The notes under the pieces: model-generated | Told to the model about the DNA's origin: nothing | Databases searched by the model: none | What the model saw: only the letters and a program-made list of their open reading frames with translations | Made by a program: the position numbers and the translations under genes | Shown: positions 39,639 through 50,601 of the stretch, piece after piece | How positions within the stretch are numbered: the stretch's first letter is position 1 | Layout: each line of letters opens with the position of its first letter | Origin: Lingula anatina | Taxonomy: Eukaryota > Animalia > Brachiopoda | Assembly: GCA_051362555.1 (NCBI GenBank) | Contig: CM120643.1 | Location: 15,722,644 to 15,786,643, forward strand | Length of the DNA: 64,000 nucleotides | Direction of reading: 5' to 3'

Positions 39639-42600
39639 AATCAGGCACAGAGTGGTACCACACACAGAGACTGATCACAGACTACAAGTTGGACTACAAT
39701 CATGAAACCTCTAACACGGAGACAAAGGTGTATAGCATTGTCATGTTATTTCAATCATATCACCTCTGGCAAATACATGCTAACATTCTCTTACATGCTG
39801 CAAACAGCTGGGAAATGGCTTGTACAAGGAAACTTACACAGGGATTTACAAGAAAACAAAAAAATCCCTCCCAGCTAAAAGATCGGCCTATGATCCATGA
39901 AGGAACTGTTTAGCAAAAAGTTAGTAACAGACGTAAATGTTTTTGTCGGTCCACCCTGACTATCTTATCAGCTGGTGAATAGTAATTGAACAATTTAAGA
40001 AGAAGAACTCGTGTTTTTTCTGTATTACACCCCTCATTATTTGGGTCTTGGCCTTGCAGTTTGTGTTAAGTGTTACATTTAAACCTGGCAACATTTGTGA
40101 CAATTTTTGACTTTTTAAGTCATTATATTGTTGATGACTTAAAATCATCATAATCATAATTATGACAATAGAATAGACTAGATGCACAAATGTTTGCCAC
40201 AAGCTCCTTAGAAATGACAATTTATTTGTAGATTGAACCATTCTCACTAAAATAGAATATTTTCCAAGATGGGATTGAGTAAATCATGGCAAATTTAATA
40301 ACCAAATTTCAGTCTATACACTCGATGGTCACAGTTGATTGCTTGCCATTACAATTTTTCGTCAGATATAGCATCATGGCCTATACATACAATGATCACC
40401 TGCATCTGCTGTTGCCATCATTATCACACATGTTTGCATGTATCAAATGATTCATTTATTCAATGAGAAACTTTGAAAGCAGCTTGAATGCATAGAATCT
40501 GATCTCCTAGAGGACATTCCCAGAGATTTAGTTCGATCTTACTAGATCGACCTAACTCCCTGGGGGTTCACGCTAAATTGCAGTCAGTCGACCGTGCACA
40601 AAAGTTAATTACCCCCTTATAGCTTGTAGTAGGCGGAACGGACATTTAAGCCGGATTATCTGACAGTAATATAGTGAGACTCCCCATGGGGATAGATTGA
40701 TCTAAAATCTATGGGAATGCGCCCTAAATCAAGGTTTATGTCATGGTTTGATGATTTTTCGGAAGTTTATATTTCTTTTTACTGATCAGGGTCTTTATGT
40801 TGACTATGTTTTCCAAAAATGAAAAACCCATTGAACTGGAAGCCAGAGCACAAATTATAATACAGTGCATATTTGAAACTTTTGTCCATGTTTGATGATT
40901 TTTACTGATATTTTATGGACAAACACACACATATAGCCATTACCCGCTTCTGTCATCACTGCCATTGCCGCTGTCATTGTCACTTGACACTTTCCCATAA
41001 TTTTTACTCATTAACACAATAAACATAAAACATGTTATTTATTATTCTCAGAGAATGATATATTGATTCATATGGTGATTGTTATGTCACTGCTTCTATA
41101 AGTTTTGCCATTTATATGTCTGTATACTTGACATCCTTATTTAATCCTTGAGTTTTGTCATTTGCTTTATTATTTGAAATGATAGGCCCATGGGGACTTA
41201 ACCTAACTGAAATAGGTTTTAATTATTGATTGAAATGTTTTCTGCCCATTTGGTATATTTTAATTCTCTTGGAAGTACAGATCCTTTATCTGTCACAGTT
41301 TTATGTTAGCTTGTAGGGGTTGTGCATTGAAGTCAAAACTGCATTAAAATTTTTTTTGGGGGAGAGGCTTCTTGTTGTGGAAATTACATGCTATATAAAG
41401 ACTAAGAAGATAGTTTTATGAGCATAGTAAGTCGGGTTTGAAAAAGTCTTAATTTTGGCAGTCATACAAAAATAAAAACTGGGCATTGCAATAACACTAC
41501 TCTCAGCTTTATTGATTGTGGTCAAACAAGATATGGTGTTTAATCCACATTTTATAAAGTTGAATTTTCACAGTAAGTGACACCAATAATTGCTGTCAGT
41601 TTGTCATTAATATGTAATGTGAAATTGGTACCCCTTATTTTAACACATATGTACACATAACACGTAACACATACACATAACACATACACATAACACATAA
41701 GTCTCTCATGGACATCTTGGGGTAGTTTATGAAGGAGCCTTGATGCATGTAGATATTTGCCTTGTTTTATAACTTAGTCTAGTGATATTTTTGGTATAAA
41801 ATCAATGGGTGTCAGTTTGGAGTTTGCTCATTGTCAAGAAGCACAATTGATAAATATAATGGACACTTTTGTAAGTAAAATTTTACATTTGCATAAAGCG
41901 TATTCAGAATAGCTGACTAACAGATTCGTGGATCAAATATGCCAACCCAATTAAAAGCTCATCGCTTGATTCCCAATTAGACACTGAATAGATTCCCCGC
42001 AGGGATTACGCAACAAGCATTGAAGTTTGTTGGCCATATTTGATCCATGGATCTGATGGTCTTCTGTTCTGAATGTACTCTTTGTTTTCACCAAAACTTT
42101 TCTCATAGTCTCCATTGACTTTCCCAATAATAATAATATATTTCAAGGTTAATGAAAACCTTTATGTCATACCTCGTTGAGAGTCTATGCGTCATCATTA
42201 CATGGTTCTGTCACACCCAGTGTTGTGTGTAAGGCTCTGTTCTCACAACTTTTAGATCGATCTATCACCGCGGGGAGTCTCACTAGATTACTGTCAGATA
42301 ATCCCCCTTAAGTGTCCGTCCCCGCCTACTACAAGCTTTAAGGGGTAATTAACTTTCGTGTCCGCCCGGCTGACAGCTATTTAGCGTGAACCCCCAGGGA
42401 GTTAGGTCGATCCAATGTAGGTCGATCTAATCTATGAGAATGGGGTGTAAGACTCTGTTCCCAGATCAATCTAGCAGGATCAATCCAACCCTGAGGGGTT
42501 TCTCGCTAAATTGCACTCAGCTTAAGCAGCTCTTTTGTTTAGCACGCCTAATGAAGTTGTTAGGGACTAATTAACTATAATCATTTAGCAGTTTTAGTAG

Positions 42601-45080
42601 GTGTGCCAGACATCTAAGCCACTTAAGCTGATTGCAATTTAGCAAGAAACTTGGAGATGGATCGGTCTGGCTAGATTGATCTAGGTATGGGAGTGGGGTC
42701 TAAAACGTGATCATGATGGATGATAAAGAGGTTGTCAGTGCACTGGCTAGCATGGTAACATCATGGTCATGAGGTGGTCAGAGAAGATCATTAGAGTGGT
42801 AACAGCAGGGCCCTAGTGTCCCTGTGCTTACTAGTGACAAAATGTTTTTCAATGCAGCTGTTTTGAAAACATGTCATCAGCAACTTGTCCCCAAAATATG
42901 TCTATTCCATGTGTGTGATAATCATATGTAAGAGGGCTGGTATTGGCGTTTGTTTTCAACATCATTCAATGTGTCGCAGGGTAAGATAGTGGCCAAACAG
43001 GATGAGAAATGTGGCAGAAGGGATATTAAGTCTGTTAAATGTGTCAACTCTGCCCACAACTTGTTCTTAAGGCAGATGTCCAAGAGTGATGATGTAGGTC
43101 AAATTCACATTATGTTCAAATAGATAATAAAGCAAATATAATGCGGGATCAGGACTGGTCTGATCCAACTGAAGGTAATTTATGAACTACAGAGCCCATA
43201 CTACTATCATGCCTCATGCCAACAGGCAGGTTTGGGCACTTGCAGTTCACAGTCATACCTGTAACATCTCCAGTGCTTGCTGTCAGTATTTAATATACAA
43301 TTGGACCATGTAATCGCAGTTCATATCATAAAAATGGCAATTCAAATCATTAAAACCACCTGTTTTCAACAGTGTTTTCAACAGTTTTCACAAGGCCTAA
43401 AAATGACTGGTTTGTTTTTGATCCACAGCATAGCTAGCCTATCCCCTTGCAGTATATATTGCCAAGAACAAACCTTGCAATCACTGGAAGTCACTATGCA
43501 CAAAACCATGTTGCTTTGGCTCTTTTTTATTGTTAAAAGTGGTCTGTTTCTTTTAATATAATATTAAAACAAAGAACATAAACATGGAATAATTATATGA
43601 CGTGGCATGCAGTACTTCATGTGTCATTAAGCATTACCACAAAAATGACTAATAAGCAGCAACTAATTGATAGAGCTCGCTATTCTTACAAAACATACAT
43701 ATTGGGCGGCAAAGAGGCAGCAATCAATGCTCTGGCATAAAATATGCAAAAAGAGGATTCCTCATTAAAACTTTACACAAGTACTGCTGTTATACCTTCT
43801 TCTTGTGAATCAATGTTTCTGTAGAACTCTGCTTTAGAGCCAAGTGTTATCTGCTAAGCCATAATTTCCATTTGCTTTATACCAAAGGTGTGTAGATCAT
43901 AAGTCATATCCAGTACCCATACCAACATTTTTTTTTTACAAATAACAGTTTTTGACCTTGTTTGCGACTGGACCATGTCGCATTGGACAACCTGTTTTTG
44001 AATGAAAAATTGATTTTTACTCTAAAACAAGTTTTCCAATGTTAAAACACTTAGTGATGCATTATTGATAAAATGTATTTTATTTTATGATGTGTTGTCA
44101 CAAAGGATCATTTAGGCCTGCGTCTATATTTTTCATTTTCAATAATTTATGATTATCACTTAAATGAAAAACATTGTCAGTGAAAAACATGTTTGACATG
44201 ATAATGCAACACATTACTTCTCCCTACATCTAGATTTCTGTCTTAGATTGTTTGAACATCACTTGATCTGCCTAAAAATTAAAGTGACATTGCGCCATTT
44301 GCTGTATTCAACAATTAAACAGTCCTCCCAGTATGTAGTAAAGAACATCTGATGCTGCAAATATGCTGCACCTGGTGGGAAATTATCCCATTTGTTTGAA
44401 AATTGACACAGAAAGTTACAGTTTGAACATTGTGTACCTATGTTATCTGGCTTTTATCTTGTAGATGGAATTGATAAATATTTTACTACATGGTCTGCTG
44501 CTTGCCTCCTGACAGTATCTTCATTATTATTCATTTCAGGGCATATTATTTTTTTTCTTGTTCTCTGTGAATATCAATTAATTAGCACAACGTAAATGTT
44601 AAAGTTACCTGTTTATAATTTTACACCATTATTATTATTATTATCAAGAACATTCTTTGAATTATCCATATCATATAAACTTGGAATGCTAATTCTTTAT
44701 TTTTAATTAGTTATAAGAAATAATATTTATTACAAACTAAGTTAAAATTGCAAGAGCTCTTTACACTAGTAATAGTAGAGGCCTTAGCCAGGTTTGTTTA
44801 TATTTCTGCATATCAAATGATTGGGTTCCAGGTAAATTAAAATGTTCATTATCTGTTTCATTACAGATCCATCATTGTCAAGCTCTCCCCATGCAGTAAT
44901 AAGCCGACCAGAACCATCCAGGAACTATATCAGGGGAAACTACACCATATGATGCTCAGAGTACAAGAAACCAATGGCTGCTACTTCCTGTCATCCCCCT
45001 TATCCTGGTTCAGGGCACATGATGCACAAGGCAGGCTAGATTCATGCGTAAAATGCACAATTATCCGTCAGGTTGCATAA
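33017..45080 (+). CDS. Candidate spliced 74-aa smORF join(33017-33027,44867-45080): MHYQSIIVKLSPCSNKPTRTIQELYQGKLHHMMLRVQETNGCYFLSSPLSWFRAHDAQGRLDSCVKCTIIRQVA*
   Basis: The phase-2 donor of exon 6 joins the only long open frame (70 codons) at the start of the terminal exon. It becomes 81 aa if the 21-nt microexon is included. No family recognised. Confidence 0.35.
33586..33606 (+). other. Candidate 21-nt frame-preserving microexon of gene A
   Basis: Acceptor ttgtttttatattacag| and donor GAA|GTGAGG; no stop in any frame. Confidence 0.35.
35872..35978 (+). other. Candidate alternative exon of gene A
   Basis: Strong acceptor ttctgcttttttcttgcag|, several CpGs in otherwise depleted DNA, possible donor ATG|GTGAGA at 35979. 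One frame reads PYEEKMLAVDERLAGVFVF*. Confidence 0.35.
37117..37209. repeat. (GT)n microsatellite with degenerate extension
   Basis: Seen directly. Confidence 0.96.
38348..38419. repeat. (GA)n microsatellite
   Basis: Seen directly. Confidence 0.98.
39328..39369. repeat. (CA)n microsatellite
   Basis: Seen directly. Confidence 0.95.
39531..39635. repeat. Compound microsatellite (TG)n-(GA)n
   Basis: Seen directly. Confidence 0.97.
40510..40724 (+). mobile_element. 215-bp MITE, copy 1 (Tourist/PIF-Harbinger-like)
   Basis: Imperfect TIRs gaggacattcccagaga / tctatgggaatgcgccc (13/17 match), TAA on the right flank, homologous end to end with the reverse complement of 42233-42447. Confidence 0.8.
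41641..41700. repeat. Degenerate taacacatacaca minisatellite
   Basis: Several taacac(atacaca) units in tandem. Confidence 0.75.
41896..42080. mobile_element. ~185-bp foldback MITE with ~45-bp imperfect inverted arms
   Basis: Left arm attcagaatagctgactaacagattcgtggatcaaatatgccaac versus reverse complement of right arm attcagaacagaagaccatcagatccatggatcaaatatggccaac. Confidence 0.7.
42233..42447 (-). mobile_element. 215-bp MITE, copy 2, inverted relative to copy 1
   Basis: Flanked by TAA at 42230-42232 and 42448-42450; TIRs ggctctgttctca / tgagaatggggtg. 42379-42412 is the exact reverse complement of 40545-40578 (34 nt). Confidence 0.85.
42451..42700. mobile_element. 250-bp related MITE abutting copy 2
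   Basis: TAA at 42448-42450 and 42701-42703; ends gactctgttcccagatcaatctagc / gctagattgatctaggtatgggagtggggtc; internal inverted arms gctaaattgcactcagcttaag / cttaagctgattgcaatttagc. Confidence 0.8.
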
Positions 45081-45610
45081 TTAGATGGTAATTATTTTGA
45101 ATCCGACCCCCTGGATCACAATGTAATGGCCAAGGTTTTGGCTATTTGGTTCCTTTGGCCATTAACTATAAAATTTATAGTTATACACATTCTGTGGCCG
45201 TGAGGTGCAACATGAGGGCTACGATAAAGTGTAGTATGCCTCGGTGTCCTGATATGTTGTTTGGCGCTGCCTTGGGGGTGGGCCCATACACATATATCAG
45301 GGCCCCAGCAATGTATGGTGGGAGCATGCCAGCTTCCCATGTGCCTCAGCCCTGAGACCTGAGGGAGACAATTTCCCAAACTTTTTATCTCATGCAGATC
45401 TTGCTTTTCACCAGAGACAAAGATGTAAATGATATGTCTTTGTCATGTTTTTCTCCCAAAACATGCAGCTGTGTCAAGGCACTGTGGCTGTAAAAATGTA
45501 GCTTGTACCTGTACGTAACAGTGTACATTTTATGTGTTTACATGTTTTCCTCTTCATTTTTTGTTATATATTATTGATGTACCAAGTTTCATATCTTGAT
45601 TAAAGACACC
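44867..45610 (+). other. Gene A putative terminal exon
   Basis: Acceptor atctgtttcattacag|; ~500 nt of GC-elevated sequence with short ORFs (45085-45126, 45126-45203, 45212-45355); then a T-rich UTR-like tail with repeated TGTA and ATTAAA. Confidence 0.6.
45599..45604 (+). terminator. Candidate polyadenylation signal ATTAAA
   Basis: Preceded by several TGTA elements (45489-45581) and followed by GT/T-rich sequence. Confidence 0.35.
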
Positions 45611-46439
45611 TTGGTTAGCTGCAAAGTATGTTTTTTAACTTGAGGACTGCTTGTAGAAATAGTGGTTAAATTTTAAACAATCAAGCTTTCATTCTTGTCC
45701 TTGAAGATACCATTATATATTTTGATGATAATGAACAACTTTTTGATATTATGTGGATGGAATTAAGATGTAAACAACTTTTTAGATGAAATTCTGATAG
45801 TTTAATGGTACCCACATTTATTCGGATTGTATCACTTAATAAGATGTTTAAAATATTACAGTATTTGTTATAAAAGCTGAAAAATTATGATAGTTTAGAA
45901 AATTATTTGATTGACACTGTAAGTAAAATTTGTCATTTTTAATTTAAATTTGAAGAGATAATGTTGTCTAACTTCAACAGATATCACTGAAAATGAAGCA
46001 TACAACCAGAAAAGAAGATGCTCCTTGTGAGAGATGGAGGGAACAAGAGAGATGGAGAGAGAGGGGTGAAGGAGAGTAAAGCCAAGAGGACTGCACCTGC
46101 AGGATGCCACTGTAATTTAAAGGTAACCATTTGATAATGTCATATTTTGGTCATTTTTTCCCCTAAATGTCCATTTAGAGACTGATGTTACAAGTTGTAG
46201 CGTGGTTCAGAAATCTCTCATGATAATCTGAACACCGCGTGTGTACATGGATGTCTGGGGTTAATGCGTCAGAAGATATCTATAATTGATGAAATTGTAG
46301 GTACAGGGAGCTCTTTGCTTAATCTATGACTTGCTGCCAGTGGACTGATGAAAAATTAATCTTTAATTCCTTTGAACTAAGGTACCTCAATCCTTTGCTT
46401 GTTCTCTCGTTTCCTTTTTTTCTTCGGACTGGAAAAATC

Positions 46440-47300
46440 GTGTTGGGTTGCCTAACACTTGGTCACATGACCAGGTTGGACCAATCAACTGATAGGATCT
46501 TGCTCATCTGCGTTCACTCAAGTGCGCAGTTGGTGGGTAAGTTTTTTGAACCAAGTCACCGCTGTGCCCTCTGAATGTACTGTGTCAACAAGTGCAGGGC
46601 CACGCGGAGCAATTAAATGCCGCATGCCTGCTATTCTCGCTTCATGTCCTTGTCAATTTGAGCCCTCTTAATGTTCCTTTAGGCCACATGTTACTTCATA
46701 CTGTCCGGTGACACCCTTTAAACTGACCCAACAGTCACCAGACTAGTTACAGTGTATAATTGGTATTTTGTGCACTGTGTCATGTCAGTAGGTATTTTGT
46801 ATCTTTTTCTTTTTTTGTGAACTGAATGGAGAAAAAAGCTCTGATTTTATGTTAAAAAGACCTGAGAGTCATAAAAAACTGGTTACAGTTTGTTCGCTGC
46901 CTAATGGATTTTGCGAAGATGTTTTTTAAAGTGATCTCTTCGTGTGCATCTATCGGTCAAGGTTGAAAAGTGTTCTCAGTTACCTGTAGGTCAAAAAGCT
47001 AGTGGGTGCTTTCTGGAGTTTTTCCTACAAATTTTTGTTTTTTAAAAGACTTTCTCCGAGTGGAAGCCTTCATGATACCATACAGGTTTGTTGTCTGAAA
47101 TTTTGATTGGCGGAATGAAATTTTCTGCAAGATGAGGCGTAAAAAGAACAAAAGTTCACTCACATGACTGTGATGTACCTAATGCCTTAGCACGCCTAAG
47201 CTCAACTCTCCTGGCCTCTAATTGGCTGAAAAGGAGGTCTGAACAGACTTGGATGGGGTGAGGTCGCTCGGTGCTTGTAACTTTGACACCAACCTGGTCT
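46440..47300 (+). promoter_or_regulatory. Putative promoter region of gene B
   Basis: Local return of CpGs over 46.2-47.7 kb; palindromic TGGTCACATGACCA (MiT/USF-type E-box) 46460-46473; CCAAT 46481-46485; reverse CCAAT boxes near 47106 and 47221. Confidence 0.45.
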
Positions 47301-47668
47301 TTATGAACATGATTTGCATTTTAGGTAGACTTTCATATTTGGACTCAGTTGTTCATCGCATGCAATGTGCGGAGAGGATGGCAGGGGCATGACAGAGTTG
47401 GGAATATTTTCTTGGTACTCATTGAGGAGTTTGTATGTTGGTATTCCGTGGTGATTGTAGGAGCGAGGGATGGGTAGAGAAAAAGTGGCCATCAGGAAAC
47501 TTCTCACAAAACGACAAATGTATTTGCCCATAACGCAATCGGAATATATTTATTGGCGCATTGTGTTTATAACGTTACGGGTCATTACAATATTCGCTGT
47601 GGATTAATAGTTTGTTGTATATTCAAAGATGGATTACTGAGCGAGAAGAAGAGAAGAGGGACGAAAGT

Positions 47669-47707
47669 ATGGCGGATGGGGCACGCATACAGGAGTTTTG
47701 TTATCAG
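47669..47707 (+). CDS. Gene B first coding exon MADGARIQEFCYQ (phase 0); rest of gene not identified
   Basis: Strong start context agtATGG and strong donor CAG|GTAAGA at the 3' edge of a CpG-retaining island; CpG depletion resumes right after. Confidence 0.55.
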
Positions 47708-50455
47708 GTAAGACTTAAATGAGCATTGCATGTCAGTTGCATGTTTGATGTGTGTATTTTCTTTTTGCATGGTTTGATTTTTTCCAGACTTTTCTTCATT
47801 GCTGGTGCACACATTGTCATACAGGATCATTGTAGTCAACTAAAGTTGCAAAAATTACAACATATCTCCCAACCTACAAGGTACCATACATTGGACTGTT
47901 TTGGTGGCCTATTCTATCCTTACACAAATACATAGATATTTTAAGGACATTTCAGTTGATTTACAAGCAGGGACTCAGTAACAATTCGAAGCTAGGCTTT
48001 CACAGTGGCTGTTTCTAAGATTAAAAAAAAAGAATCATTGGTTGAATGAGGTTCAGGTGGCATGACTGTCATTTTTGCATAAAGATAAGTTTAGTGAAGG
48101 CGTGGATTAAGAATTGATTTAGATATGTACTTAGATATCCCATCGGGAGTATGACAAATCTTGAATGATAGTGTCTTTATTAGATATCAAGCAATTTTGC
48201 TGCCAAAGATGTAATCAGTGCATCAATTATAATCAGAAATCAGTACAATCGAAATAGGGGCGAGTTTAAAATCAGTGAGCTGAGCGATTTATAGTATGTC
48301 ATTTCTGTATGAAATCATTGAGCAATTCAGTTGTCTTGGTTGTCCGTTGAGAAGAGTTTTGAGCCAGGAAAGATAAGGTGGTGAGTGGAGATGGACAGAT
48401 AGGGACACCTGCCACATCATTTGTCATTTAATTTTGTGGGAGGACTTACCATATAATTACACATGTGATGAAGCACTCATACATGTATAGAGGGAAGATT
48501 GTCATGTCTCTATCTGACATCGTATAAATTAATTTTCTGTGATTGAAAATCGAATTATCATGTTATCAAAATATAAAAATTCCTCTGTTAATATTATAAA
48601 AATTACTCTGTTTATATACCTTTTGAAATAAAGAAAATAGGTGTAATTAAAAGGCAGCCAGCATTGATTAAAAGAAAAAGTTGGTAAAACGGAGAGTAGT
48701 GAAGATGAATATTAGAAAAAAATTTAACAATTATTTACCATTTTTTCTAAGTGTCATTTTTGCATGAGTCAACTTTCTTTTGACATATTTAAGATCTTTT
48801 TAACATTAAATACCATTTGAAAATATTGGATATGGTATAGACAGAATAATGTGTTGATGGAAGAATACACATATTACAGTGTTATTACAGAGAACACTTT
48901 GTCATAGAGTAGGTTGGTATCTGCTGAATATTTGAAGGAAAAAATCTAATATAAATTGCGTGAAACTTAAAATGCACCTCCTTTCCAAATATTTCCTTTT
49001 ATGCTGTCAATAAATCAGTAAAGTACTTAGTAAATCCTATAAAATAAACATGTACATAAGGCATAAACAGACATCTTTGTTGTGGTCCATTTTCCCTAAT
49101 TCTCTTAATAGCATCTCTTATAGCATTTAAGTTAAAATTACCAAGTTAAAATATATTCTGCAGGGCAAAAGAAAAGTTTAAAAATTATGTTTTTTCTTGT
49201 TGTGAAAATCATCTTTTGCTTTAAGATATTAACACATTTCATATAAACTTTATTAAAATTTATACATGGGCTAAAAAAACGGGCGAATGGCAATATTTTT
49301 TTTAAGAACAAGTGATTTATTCCTATATGTATTTATATTTCAAGCTTTGTTATCCAGATCATTAGATCGAATATACATTTTTCAATGAGATTGACTTGGA
49401 TAATATTAGTTTCAATAATTTTTGCACTGCTTAGAATAACTTAAAATATCAAGTGGGTGAAACTATTTTTGATAGAGTGTTCTGCTTTATGATAAAATGA
49501 TTGTTTCAAACAAACTTTTTTCCTTATTCTATTTCATCTAGAGTGTACCACGAATTATACTGTCATTTTTACAGAAGTTACATTCAATGAAAGATTCACT
49601 CTTTTATTTTCATAAGGTCTTGGTTTAACATAACACCTTTTGAAAGAAAGAAATTCTATAAAAAGAAGAAAAAAAATGTAATTTGTTAACTGTACTAAAG
49701 ATGAAGATTTTAATTTTATTAACATATATAACAACCGTAAAGTTTTCTAGGCAAACATAAATTCTTATAATTTTTTCTATGTATCCTAATTTCATGTAGT
49801 TAAGATTTCTGACTAAAGCATTGTGTTCTTTTTTTCTCTCAAACCAAATTAGAATATCACATTTCTTCAACAGCAGACTTTTTCTTCTTCAGCCAATCAT
49901 GTCGCTTTTTGAAACTGAGGCCGACGTGCAAATTTGAACTTCATTCTGGTGCAAAAAAAAAAAAGGAAAATAGAGGATGCTGTACCTATTTTAGTTTCTT
50001 ATGTGATATATGAGAAGAGGTGTTTGAAATGATTCGGCTAAAATATCTTGACACTTCAGAGATTCACTTTGATTCAGGAGGTGTATGTGAGGTCTTTGGT
50101 ATCTTATTTCTTTCTGCTATTGTTTGATTTGATTTTCTTTTGAAGTATATTTCATAGTGCTTAAAATATAATTGGTAACTATTGTATAACTCCCCAAGAA
50201 AGTATCTTCGCATTTTCATTTTATTTTCTGATTTGCTTACCTAACAAATTTTTTGATGTACCTTTCGAAATTTTTACATTAAAAAAGGTCATAACACTTC
50301 ATCTTAACTCTGAAGAAAATTAGGTGGAATAGAACAGCAATAAGTTCTTGTGGTACAGAATAAAAAAATGTCTATAGGAAACCAGTACTTCAGAATGCTC
50401 TAATCACAGAATTTTCATGAGACATTGCCGGTTTTTAGACATCTTAGTCAAGGAG

Positions 50456-50601
50456 TAGGACACCGTGTCTGGCAGCTGTGTGGTCACCTGGGGGGACAGA
50501 CCGCAGGTGTGCCCAGTGGTCAGTATTCCAGCCCTGACCATGGATAGCAATGATGGAATGGATTGGTCATCATTATCCATGGGTCTGGAAGGCACGTCCT
50601 A
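50456..50601. ncRNA. Candidate structured intronic RNA element (closing stem plus two hairpins)
   Basis: Pairings read by eye: taggac-gtgtc / ggcac-gtccta; tgtggtc / gaccgca; ttccag / ctggaa; ccatggat / atccatgg; aatgatgg / tcatcatt. Confidence 0.3.

Noticed and set aside
45239-45253. CCTCGGTGTCCTGAT resembling the antizyme shift context
   Set aside because: The zero frame has a TAG five codons upstream and no AUG in between, and the +1 frame already has its own AUG at 45212.
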